A DNA stretch of 64,000 nt from Chrysomallon squamiferum. Lineage: Eukaryota; Animalia; Mollusca. The position numbers and the translations under genes are program-made. Numbering within the stretch: position 1 is the first letter of the stretch; every line of letters begins with the position of its first letter. Shown here piece by piece: positions 39,258 to 50,131 of the stretch. The notes below the pieces were generated by a model, which did not search any database, was not told the DNA's origin, and saw only the letters and a list, made by a program, of their open reading frames with translations. The stretch is from the NCBI GenBank assembly GCA_012295275.1, contig CM022672.1, positions 11,222,001 through 11,286,000 of the forward strand, read 5' to 3'.

Positions 39258-42200
39258 AACTGTATCTATATGTAAGTACAACAGAAGGAATGTCACACTA
39301 GATTTTTGTTTGGTGTATAATTTTTACAGATGAAGAAGAAGAAGAAATGGATTGGAGTTCAATGCAAGAAGAAGCATCAAAACCCAAAACAAATACATCA
39401 AAGCCACTTATTAAGATGGATGAGGTTGTCGTGGCAACATGTGGTGATGATGGTTTGATCAGACTTTGGTTGCCACTTCAGGTAAGTGAACCAAGATTTT
39501 TTAACTTTAGAGAGATGATTATTAATTTAAGTATTATTTTTGTTTTTTTTTGATGGTAGTATTGTGCATTGAAAAAACATTTGATGAAATAACATCTTTT
39601 TGTTGTTTGTATGTTTCAGTTATGAAATCCTTTGAACTTAATAAGAAAACAAAAATTAAATACACACTACAACCACTGCTGTTAGTACAACTAATACTAA
39701 TACAACCACTACCACTACTGTGATAAAAATCCTTAAATTATTTTATTTCAGGCCAATGAACTGGTCAGTTTAATGGGTCATTCTGACCGTGTCCTGTCAG
39801 TCAGCTCGGACAAATCTGGTAATGTGGTCAGTTGTTCTCTTGACAAATCAGTCCGGCTGTGGGCTCCAGAGCTTTCTGGAGAAAAAGTCAAGGACCATCA
39901 TGATGCTGAGATAACTCTAGTTGTTTCCTGTGTAGATGGCAGCACTGTTCTTACAGGAAGCAGGTATTCATTTCTGTTTAAATTATTTTTGTTCAATCAT
40001 TAATCAAAATATTCTGAAAATGTGAAAATGTATAAAAAAATAAATTAAATTAAAATTAACATTAGATGAATAAAAATAAATAAATAAATAATATAAGTGC
40101 TTTTTATGAAAAATTATAACCCATGCAGGCCAAGTTGATAAAGAAGGATGATGAAATCAATTTTTTTGAAATCTAGAGAGACATACATGAACATTATTCT
40201 GAGAATTATTTTATTAACTGTTATTAATATCACAAGATATTTGTGTTGCTTTCAGAGATGGAATTATAAAACTCTGGTGTGACAGTGAAAACAATTCTGC
40301 TTTCTTGCAATGTGTTTACAGTTTCAAGGTTTGTTTCTATTTTATGAAAAACCTATATCATTGATCTATAGATTTATGTTTTTTTTATATATTTTAAACT
40401 TCCATTCATATTCAGGGCACTAAATATAATGTTTGGGACACTGTAAATGCATCCATTATTATTATTTTTTGTTGTCCATTAACATTAATCTATCTTCAAC
40501 AATTATAAAATTCATTTTTGTAATGAATATAATTAAAGTATTAAATTATTTTTAAATTAAATTATTATTATTGTTATTGTTGTTATTATTATCATCATCA
40601 TCATCATCATTCATTATCATCATCATCATCATTATTATTATTATTATTATTATTATTGCTTCGCTATTTTAAATATTTGAGTTCTGCCTAATTTCTTGTT
40701 TTTGTTTTCAGGCTCATGATAAATCAGTGAACTGTGCCACATTTTTGAATCGACAAGGGTTGAAGTTTGTGACAGGATCTGACGAGAATTCTCTAATATT
40801 CTGGGATATTGTCAGGAAAAAAGACTGCTTGTTTGTCAAGTGAGTTTGGGTTTTATATTATTTGAATAATCACAGCATAATTTGTTTTATTTTAAGATGA
40901 ACTCAAACGTTAATATATAAATAGTGAAGATTATTAATATACACGTTAATGTTGCATGAATAATTATGTGCATAATGTTTCTATCAACTCAAAAATTAAT
41001 ATGTAAACAAGGAAGATTATTAATGTACAAGTGTGATCTATTAAAACATTCTTATCTGAGTATAAATTACCAAATGATGATAGTTTGAAAGCCTGACTGA
41101 AATAATAAAATAGCATATAATTAAATGTGTATTGCTACTAGTTTCTGAATTTTAAAAAGCCAGTGATTAAGAAAAATGTGTAATGATTTACGTTAACAGT
41201 GTTTGATCAAAATAATAATAATAATAATAACAAAAATTAAATAATTCAAAATTAATAGTAATAATAAAATATAAATAAACATCAATAATTATTAATAATA
41301 GTAGTTCATTTTCTTCAGTGACATGCTTGAGCAGATGAATTTATTTTCTGTTATCTGCTGTAAATCTAACATGGTGTTCATTTTCAAATAGTTAGAGATT
41401 TCTTTTTTAAAATCACTGTTTCAAGGTCTTAGGTTTACAAATAGAGGGCAGTGGCTGACACTGAAAAAAGCCAAAAGGGCCACCTACTAAAACAGTTCAA
41501 ACTAGCAAAGTGATGTTTGACATGGAGTCCAAAGGGTTAAGTACTTTTTATTGCAAAAACCTTTCAGTATATAAATTATATTATTTTGTTTTTTTGTTTG
41601 TTTTTTCAGAAAATGTAAAACATTTGTGACAACAACTCCAGTGACATGTTTGGCATGGAATGAATTCTTGCCATCAAAATCAGGTCTGATCTTTTTCTCA
41701 GCACAGTGGGATGGGTCTGTTTTAGTCTGGAATACAGATCGGGAGTCACCTGTGACTCAGTTCTGCAGGTTTGTTTTTAATCAGACTTTTATTTAACTTT
41801 GTTTCACTGGCAGATTCAGCATGTTTTCATGATGGTCTCGAGTATAAAAACAGTCAGGGGTGTCTTAATGATAAAATTAGTCACAGGAAATCTCAAATTG
41901 AGAGCAAACTCGTGGTGTCACAGCTGTGAAAACAGTCAGGAATGCATGAAATTTATTTACTGTAAATAGTAAAATAATTTATTTTGTACATAAATACTTA
42001 CGACTGATAACATAGAGATGTCTATACTACTAATGATAAGTTTTGTTTTGATTATTTCATGATAAATTTATCAGTATTTTACAACTGAAAACATTTCAAC
42101 AACACTGTACATGAAAACATGTCATCAACATCACACGTGAAAATATCAACATTATGCAATAAAATATCTCATCAACATTATGTAAATATTTAATCAACAT

Positions 42201-44440
42201 TTCACAGGTAAATATTTAATCAACATTTCACAGGTAAATATTTCATCAATAAAAGTATCTTGTCATCCATCATCTCATGTTAAAATATCATTATTTCACA
42301 TGATAGTTATTGTTCTTATTCAGAGAAAAGAAGACTGGGTTCTACAAAATATGGATAACAAAAATGTCTTTCAGTGCAGCAACTCCTACCCAATTACTGA
42401 CTGCAGACACTGATGGAAACATTTTAATCCTCAATACTGAACAAATATTTATTGTAAGTCTCTTCAGATATATATATACAAGTCTTAAGTAGAGTGTATA
42501 CCTTATGTGTCCATCTTTTTTCTAACCTTTTTCTGCTGACCTGTTGAAAAATGTATGAAACACAGTAACTGGACTCCTCTTCAACTATATTTAACATTAA
42601 GTGAATCCAGAGAAGTATAAACCTATTGAGCTCCACTCTTTTTCTCACCCCCTCCTTCTGCTGATCTGCTTTTTCTTTATAATGAAACTAATATCATCTT
42701 GAAAAGTACCATATGTTGAAATGAGGTAGTTAAAATACTGATGTTATAATAAATTACAGTGGTGTTTCTTTTTCAATAGACCAGACTGAAATATATAAAA
42801 GTGATGGTAAGAAAAGTGTGACAAAAATATTTTGGACTTAAATCTCGTTTATCATATATATACTTTCCTGTTTTGGAAGAAAGTCAAAGATAAGATTCTG
42901 ATATAAGCTTAATAAACTGCAATTAAGAGTCTCACTATCTGAAGAGCTTCTAATAATTTCATTTCACTTTTTACACATCAACCATATTAACTGTTGACGT
43001 TTACCAGTGTAAGCCTCATCAGTTTTTCAAGCTTAGATCTAAGTCCGGTTGTAAAGGAAATTACTGGTAAAAAGTTCCTAAATGCTAATCACTATAAATT
43101 TGTGATTTTTTGTCTCCTCCTTTCAATAACACACCACATAAAGAGCACCTTGAAAGTACACTGAGTTGTCTTTAAAAGATAAATAAAAAAATAAAAAAAA
43201 TGAATTCAGTAATTTCTTCTTCCATAGGGAAGTTACAAAGAACCAGAAATGATTGGAAACTTCGTCATTAAAAGTGAAGAAATAGACAAAGAGACTGAAC
43301 CTCAGAAACGACAGAGTAACTGGATTCTAGATGTTGTTCAGAAGGATAAAACAATGTTTTGTGGAGACTCAGAAGGGCAAATAACTCTGATTGAAAATGG
43401 GCAGATTTCAATTACTCAAAAGGTATTAATTGAAAATATAACCATCAGTAAAACCTCTTTAAATTAATTTTTAATTTTCTTTTGTCATGGTTTGAAATGA
43501 TTTTAGTTCAAAATTTAAGGGACATTATTCTCATCAAGTTTCTTCAAATGTTATTTTATTTTAATCTTCATAAAAATCCTGAAATAATTTATTCCTTTTG
43601 TTATTTTTCATTGAATATTTCATGTTTCCAAACTGATATTAAACTCAATCATGTTTTCTTTTCACCTGTACTTTTAGATACATGGAGAGGGTATTACAGG
43701 TGTGGTGGTTGATGATAATACTTTAATAACAGCCAGCACTGATCAAACCATCAAAGTGTGGACAAAAGACCTTAATCAGGTGAGAATTTTTCTTTTCATA
43801 AATATGTCATAATATTAACAGAAAAAAAAAAAATAAAAAATAAAAAAACATTTTTGATTGATAAATGCTTAATGACTTGTAATTCTGTATAGGAATGTTT
43901 TTATTACTAATTTTAGTTGTTCCTTTAATCAGTTTTTTTCACTAAATTAAATTTTTAAATGTTTTTAGAAACAAATATTTACTTTTGTTTATTCATAATT
44001 GTTTCATTTTCATTTTCATTTTCATTTTCATATTTTGTTTATATATTTTTGAAGCTATTATTTTCAGATAGTTGTATGAACTTGTATTCATAAATAATTT
44101 AATATTTGACTAATGCAGTTTTTTTATGAAATATTTTTTACCACAAAATTTTATCTTTCTATATTAATTTTATAGCATATTTAATGACTGTTAAACATTT
44201 TATTAAACATTTTTAAAAACTAGATTCTTTAATTAAACATTCAGTTTGTTTTCTTAGAAATGTGACAATAATTACTAGCTTTATGATATTATTAACTTCT
44301 TTTTATTTTAACAGATTGGTCAGTTCTTCTGTTCAGCACCTGTAACAGGCATTGCCATGGTAACAAGGACAAGCAACAAACTTCATCTGGTCTGTGGTGA
44401 TAGTCTTGGCAACATTTACCATTTATGTTGGTGTATCTAA
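8444..44440 (+). CDS. TEP1: Telomerase protein component 1 / vault-associated TEP1 (TROVE, VWA-like, DUF4062, NACHT, WD40 repeats), 53 coding exons, about 2,675 aa; two apparent frameshifts (exons 11 and 20)
   Basis: Exons traced with GT-AG and phase continuity: 8444-8525, 9071-9759, 10169-10303, 11266-11427, 11679-11775, 12401-12585, 13124-13260, 13882-14039, 14407-14516, 14971-15055, 15727-15908, 16674-16854, 17635-17793, 18192-18266, 18865-19010, 19543-19614, 20014-20178, 21191-21367, 22120-22362, 22934-23049, 23414-23534, 24080-24262, 24604-24779, 25185-25332, 25704-25880, 26637-26862, 27303-27480, 27977-28175, 28460-28574, 28951-29056, 29262-29439, 29912-30007, 30985-31109, 31748-31897, 32401-32506, 33218-33337, 34208-34306, 34582-34729, 35464-35570, 35884-36041, 36232-36331, 36964-37089, 37783-37890, 38752-38899, 39330-39481, 39752-39963, 40256-40328, 40712-40839, 41610-41768, 42324-42453, 43228-43422, 43678-43779, 44315-44440. 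Diagnostic motifs: [54 protein letters not shown] (TROVE); [20 protein letters not shown] and DLRWGV (DUF4062); GKSGCGKS and LLVVIDGLD (NACHT Walker A/B); many GH...WD repeats; C-terminus [14 protein letters not shown]. Confidence 0.95.
10515..10790. repeat. Degenerate tandem repeat, about 92-bp unit, 3 copies, TEP1 intron 3
   Basis: Recurring ttaact..tgttga....a.taattatttttgat...gcacactg blocks near 10545, 10637 and 10733. Confidence 0.6.
11788..11950. repeat. Compound (TG)n/(GTGTG)n/(GTATG)n/(GCATG)n microsatellite
   Basis: Direct reading; it explains the spurious His/Thr-rich ORFs at 11684-12110. Confidence 0.9.
19335..19385. repeat. (AAT)n microsatellite
   Basis: Direct reading. Confidence 0.9.
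20277..20567 (+). mobile_element. Degraded non-autonomous Tigger/pogo-type MITE, same family as 33726..33991 in opposite orientation
   Basis: Aligns by eye along its length to the reverse complement of 33726..33991 (cagcagaaat.gtg, gttttgcatac, tataaatggaa, atatttagact.agat, gaaacacttc..gtcccaag). Confidence 0.7.
21790..22075. repeat. Minisatellite, about 24-25-bp unit (TACACTAGTTGTTCTATCCTACT-like), about 11 copies, TEP1 intron 18
   Basis: ctagttgtt(c/t)tatc recurs at about 24-25-bp intervals. Confidence 0.85.
23560..24030. repeat. Degenerate tandem repeat, about 80-bp unit, TEP1 intron 21
   Basis: Recurring gaacattttt(t)aatat...gtagaaatg...caagatgaacta blocks. Confidence 0.65.
25932..25980. 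repeat. (TG)n microsatellite followed by TG-rich low-complexity sequence
   Basis: Direct reading. Confidence 0.9.
26330..26640 (+). repeat. 51-bp minisatellite, about 6 copies, whose last unit forms the splice acceptor of TEP1 exon 26
   Basis: ggttg(g/t) cores at 26371, 26409, 26460, 26511, 26562 and 26613; the unit end tttaatatga becomes tttaag|atga in the last copy. Confidence 0.85.
27592..27895. repeat. Local direct duplication, about 137-bp offset, TEP1 intron 27
   Basis: tttgttacatgaaaaacatagat.ataaata.tggc occurs near 27592 and 27730, each followed by atccattaaa...ttgtcttat. Confidence 0.75.
30468..31035 (+). repeat. Tandem array of 9 copies (about 60-65 bp) of the TEP1 intron 32/exon 33 junction
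   Basis: Unit tttataaaacatttcag|TTAGTGAAAACATTACATGGACATGCTGATGCTATATCT...; only the ninth copy continues into the WD40 exon ([21 protein letters not shown]). Confidence 0.95.
33726..33991 (-). mobile_element. Non-autonomous Tc1/mariner-superfamily (Tigger/pogo-type, MER46/Tigger4-like) MITE, 266 bp
   Basis: Imperfect TIRs cagattgacaatcc ... gatcctcaacctg followed by TA. The subterminal gaaatgcttgggaccagaagtgtttcagattt resembles the Tigger4/MER46 end as I recall it (not searched). A second copy lies at 20277..20567. Confidence 0.75.
35595..35790. repeat. (CAA)n microsatellite grading into (AAT/AAC)n
   Basis: Direct reading; source of the spurious poly-Cys and poly-Leu ORFs. Confidence 0.9.
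38141..38191. repeat. (AAT)n microsatellite
   Basis: Direct reading. Confidence 0.9.
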
Positions 44441-46580
44441 ATGTTTCAACAAGAACTTTGTAAATAATGTTAAATTAATAAGTTTACTGCTTTGTGGTGA
44501 TCATGTTAACAACATATACCATTTATCTTGGTGTGTCTAAATGTTTAAACAGGAACATTGTAAATAATATTTTGTATTAGTAAATTTATTGTTTCTGTAG
44601 TGATAGTCTTGGTAAATTTTGTCTTTTACCTAAATGTTCAAACAAGAAATTTGTAAATGATATTTTATACAGTGGTAGCTTGACTTACGAGTTTAATTCA
44701 GCTCGTAACTCAATTTCACAACTGAAATTTATTGAAATACCATTAATCTGTTCCAGCCCCCCAGAAACCACCCCAAAAATTTGTAACATGTTTTTAAATA
44801 AGAAAAATGTGTTTGTAAATGACAAATACTGAATAAAAATAAAATAAAAGAGAATGTAAAAAAATAAATTGGTTTTATAAAGTGTAAATGGTTAGGGTTT
44901 CTCTATCTTTTCATGGACAGAGGCCAACAGCTTAGAAATTATTTTAATGCCTTTTGCTGGAGTTATAGCCTCCTTCTGCTTCAGTATGATACATATTGTA
45001 GAAGCACTGCATAGCCAAGTCAACTGACTACATGCACATCCAGCTAATTCAGTGGACATCATCTGCTTCTTCTTCTTCTCAGACTGTCCTTTGCACTCAT
45101 TTTCTTAGGATCCATGGAAATTTAGCAAAAACTGCACAAAATATGAGCACAACACAACACCATGGTGAGGTAATCACATGAAGAAAACTTGGGATGCTGG
45201 ACAGATTTTGGCTCATAATTCAAAGCAAAAAATTGACACGGCAACTGCTTGTAACTTGGAAAACTCGTAAGTTGGGGCATTTGTAAGTCAAGGTACCACT
45301 GTATTAGTAAATGTAATGTTTCTAAAGTGATCATCTTGACAACATATACCGTTTATTTTTATGTATGTAAAATGTTTTGATAAAAGTTATATAAATAATG
45401 TTAAATTAATAAATTTATCACCTAGGCAACATATACCATTGTTCTAAATGTTTAAACAGGAATTTTGTAAATAATATGTTTCTAAAAACAGACACTTAAG
45501 TAAAATGTACTGTTTCTGTGGGGTGACTTCTTGAATATATTTATCTTGAGTATATATTTAAGGAAGATTTTTGTAAATAATGTTACTAAGACAAAAACAC
45601 ATAAAAACAATTCATTGTTTGCTACATTAACTGTTTATCTTTGAAGGACTGTTTCACAACACAGTGGTACTTCAGTACATTTATTGTTTCTGTGATGATT
45701 ATCTTGGTGATTATGTTACTGTATTATTAAATATTTTAACCAGAGTTATGTAAATATTATATTTCTAAGACACTGGTGCATGAACAAACTTCGTATTTGC
45801 TATAATAATTATTTTGGCCATGTGTGCCATTTATTTTTATATTTTTCTTTTTGGACAAGGAATCTTTCTAAAAACACTTATATTACTTACTAATTATTTG
45901 TGGTGATCTCGTGGTATATTTATGTTTGTCTAATTGTTTTAAAAAGAAATTTGTAAATAATATGTTTATAAGTCACTGGTAAAATAAGTATGTAAAAATG
46001 ATTAGGACTCTAAGTTACTGGTAACTTAAATAAATAGAAATGATTGTTTCTGTTGCTGATCAGTTCAGCAACATTTACTGTTTGACTGTTTACAAAAGAA
46101 CTTTATAAATAATATATATGTATTGTTTCTATGGTTGACATCTTTACATTTACCATTTATCTATTGAGCCACTGATTAAAAAATAACATTGTAAATAACA
46201 TGTATTTAAATCTATTGTTTATACAGTAATAATTTTGGCACTGTTTATGATTTAGTATTGGAACAAGAACTTTGTAAATAATATATGTATATCTCATATA
46301 TATTATTTCTATTGTGATCATCTAGGCACCATAACTATATGTATCTCTATGTATTGTTTCTATGCTGTTCATCTTGGCAACATTTAATACTTATTTTTGA
46401 GTCACTGTAAAAAAAAGAAAAAAACTTTGCAAACAGTATGTATTTTTCATGTAAATAATATACATTTAAAGGTATTGTTTCTGTATCTCGGTAAAATGTA
46501 GTTTATATTTCTGTTACTGGTTGAAAAAGAACTTTGTAAATATGTTTCTAAGACACTGACATTGTTTCCATCTTGGCAAT
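44390..46580 (+). repeat. Degenerate tandem array, about 100-bp unit, seeded by the last TEP1 codons and stop; interrupted by a Tigger-type element
   Basis: Unit tgtggtgatagtcttggcaacatttaccatttat...taaatgtt..aacaagaactttgtaaataat...aaatttactgtttc; about 14 recognisable ttgtaaata(a)-type cores between 44460 and 46540. Confidence 0.8.
44670..45301 (-). mobile_element. Internally deleted Tigger/pogo DNA transposon, 632 bp, with 21-bp TIRs, TA target-site duplication and a transposase N-terminal remnant
   Basis: ta|CAGTGGTAGCTTGACTTACGA ... TTGTAAGTCAAGGTACCACTG|ta (2 mismatches in 21 bp). The minus strand encodes broken MDPKKMSAKDS... and ASTICIILKQKEAITPAKGIKIISKLLASVHEKIE, resembling the CENP-B-type N-terminal HTH of Tigger transposases. 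Confidence 0.9.
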
Positions 46581-49500
46581 ATAAATAATTTTTGGAAGAA
46601 AAGAAAATGTATATATATATAAAAGCCCAAATGAAAACCTTGTTTATATGTTATTAATGAAATGAAAATATTTGTTACTTTTATATATTACCTCACTGTA
46701 TTTCTGTGATCTTTGCTATTTGTTATTTTTTATTGTATTATAAAGTTACAGTGTTTATATTTATATTACATTAATTTATATTAGTCTAGTCTATATACAC
46801 ATTTTTAGATAACTACTTGTGCATTTCTGGTATATCTACTTCCTTATCTTAAAAAAAAAAGAAAAAAAAAAGAAAAAAACAAAGGGGAACTCCTGTTTTA
46901 TGTTTAATATATTTATCAAAAATGCATTTAGGTATATTGCATGCACACAAGCACACATGCATGTTCACACACACACACATACACACAAAAATAGAATGTG
47001 AACATATTTTACAGAAGAAAGATCACAAACAATCTTCATATTTTTTATTGGTATAAAATGTAAACATGATAATTATTAGTTCACACTGCTCTCTCAGGTT
47101 CTCTTTCATGACCATTTTTCTGAGATCTTTTTTAAGATGAATATTTTTGTCAAATTTTATTATTTATTATTATTTTTTTTCATTTGGATTGGAAAACCAG
47201 ATTTCTTCATGATATACAATGAAGTGAAATGTTGATTAATGAATTATTACCAGACTATTTATCTTTGTAGTTAGAGAAAACCCATACTATTGGGATACAG
47301 GGTTAGTCATTAGAAAAAAAAAAAGTCTACCAGTTATATATATAATTTTGTTTTTGTCTCATTTTTCATAACCACACATCAGTCACAAGTTTATATTAAT
47401 TGTCGCAAGAGAATTATGTAACTTAAACACCACTATCTAGTAAGAATTCATAATTCTTGAATATATATCTATATATCCATACGCACACAATTTAATTTAC
47501 TTTTTTTCTTTAACAGAAGTCTATAGAAATAATAAAAGCAGATATTATTTGTGTTAAGTATATATATTTTTAAACAAAATATTTAGAATTTCTATTTTTC
47601 CTAATTTTTTAGTTGTGAGAAAAATTGATTTATGAAAGTCTGTGAACAAAGTGTTTGTTTATCCCTCCAGAACCAGCTATCTTCTGAAAAATCGAAGCTC
47701 AAGGTTCTGAGATTGAATGTTATTTTAGTTCTGTATTAAATATTTTCATTATTTTATGTTGTTGTTTTAAATAATAAAATAAAAACAAAATTTAAAAAGA
47801 TTAAATAACAATTTTTTTTAAATCAAGAGCAAACTGGATCAAATAATAGGTTATTCTGAATCTGTTCTTCAGAATTATTTTTTTGAATTCTAAATTTTAT
47901 TAACATCCAAGTTTTTAAAAATTTCAAAAGAATATATTTATTTATTTGCGATTTAATACAGTATCAAAAAAATTATTTGAACTGAATGCACTTCTAAAGC
48001 ACAATCTATATAGCATGCTCTATGCTTTAATAAAATAAAATATAAAAAATAAACATTTCACCAATTTCTTTATACTAGTAGCAATTGTCTAAATCCCTCT
48101 TCACAGAACATAATCCCAACATAATGTTAATAATACATTATCTGAAATCAACCATTTTTAAAGTCTTGAATGAGCAAGGTTATTTTTTAAATATATCTAT
48201 ATATATATAAATCCCACTTCATTTCATAATTTAAGGCAAGCAAAAAAGTAAAACCAAAAAAACAGCCAATGCAATAATGATATTTATTTACAATAACAAT
48301 GATTTCAGTAATACAGATGACAACAGTTTGACTACTGTCGTCTATATTTAACAAATTCAGTAAATTTCAACACATTCATGTGTAACTGCTTGAAATGCTT
48401 TCATTTACATATAAAATGAAACATGTAAACTGAAATATATAACAAGAATGAATGCTAAAAGTCAATGAAGTCAAATACAAAATGTTTTGTACATGTTTAA
48501 CATATCCATATTTTTATGAATGATTTAATTAAATGATATCCAAAAAGCAGTAAATGACATTAAATGTCTTATTACAACATTTCAGTCTGTATCCATCCCT
48601 TTTAAACTTGTGACCCATTTTCATACAATCCTTTTAGATAATACTAAGTTTAAATATTTTTAGTTCCAGTTTAGCAAGAAAGAAATAAAAAATAAAATAA
48701 TAAACAAATTTGAAAAACAAACGTGCCCAGATACCACCAAAATATGGATGACATAATATTAATATTGCTAGATACACTGGGATTAAAATGGTACAATATG
48801 AATAAACTGAGGAGGGGAGAAATGGTTAAAAATGATGTAGTGATAACAAGTATTAGTAGGTAACATGAAGCATACATTAATCCAATAAAAACAAATTTCA
48901 TGCTAATGATATTTGAAAATGCTTGTTTAAAATTCCAAACAACATTATATTTTTGATAAAATGAACAACACCAAAATTGTTCTACAATAGATCCATTCAA
49001 CACTGAAGCAACAATTCTGTGATCATATTTAATGGACCCTTTCAAATTTCTCAGAAAAATGTAATGGTGAAACCTTTCTTTTAAACGTATATCCAAAAGT
49101 CATCAACATTTTTCATATATACCTTAACTAAAAACAACAAAAACAAAATCCCCCAAAACCCAGTCTGCTCCAAATGTCTGATAAAAATGGGCAAATTTTA
49201 GAGAGAAATATGAAAACTTTCAGCTGTTTTCAGTGACTTCTGTTTTGTGTCATATTTTAATCTCTGATTCTCCAAATTAGTTATTACTTCCTCACTTTCT
49301 TCAAAAAACAGTGTTAAGATAATTGTCCATATATCCACAATTTAGAACTACTGAAATATAAATCTGAAATATTTATTAAACTAATAGCTGCCATAAATGT
49401 TTCCTACAAACAAAATGTATATGATGTTAAAATTATTTTACTTTCAGAAATGCACACCTGCAAAATTTCAGGTACCATTCTATAGATGTCAATACTGTAA

Positions 49501-50131
49501 ATTATAAGATAAAAAATTAGAAAAAGATATAAAAACTTTGTTTAGGTGGTTAATTGTAACATAAAACTTTTAAAAGTAACCCTAATATTTTTTAAAGGAT
49601 AATAAAACACTGTATATTAAGCCACCCTTTCATTGACACCTTTATTTTTAAAATTATTTTTATCACCATTATTCACATCTAGCTTTTATATATATCTGAA
49701 ACAACTTAAAACTTCAGAGTGGTAATTTTAAACTTTATTAAAAGTTTATTTATTATTCTTTTTTTTGTTCAAATTAAGTTTTTAGAGTATGTCTTTTAAC
49801 TTTAGAACTGCTTTAATGAAGTTCTGTATATCAATATCCCTGAATCATGGCTTTTATTTATTATTATGTTTCTTTTTTCAACCATTATGGTCAAACATGA
49901 CATAAATAATTTCATCTTACCCCTTTTCACCTTTCTTCCAGTTACCAATTTCTTTTTGTCTTATTTAAGAGAAACAGCAATAACATTTCCATGTGGAATA
50001 AAATATACTGAATAGTTAAACGCAAGTTTCTCAGAACACAATAATAGTAATTTTTGCACATGAAGGCTTTCACTTTTGCAGTATACTTTTTCTCTTCTGA
50101 ATGTCAAATGGCAATTAACGTGGCCAAGAAT

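Noticed and set aside
41440-41540. Segment ending AAAGGGTTAA resembling a piggyBac-type terminus
   Set aside because: No matching opposite terminus was found nearby.
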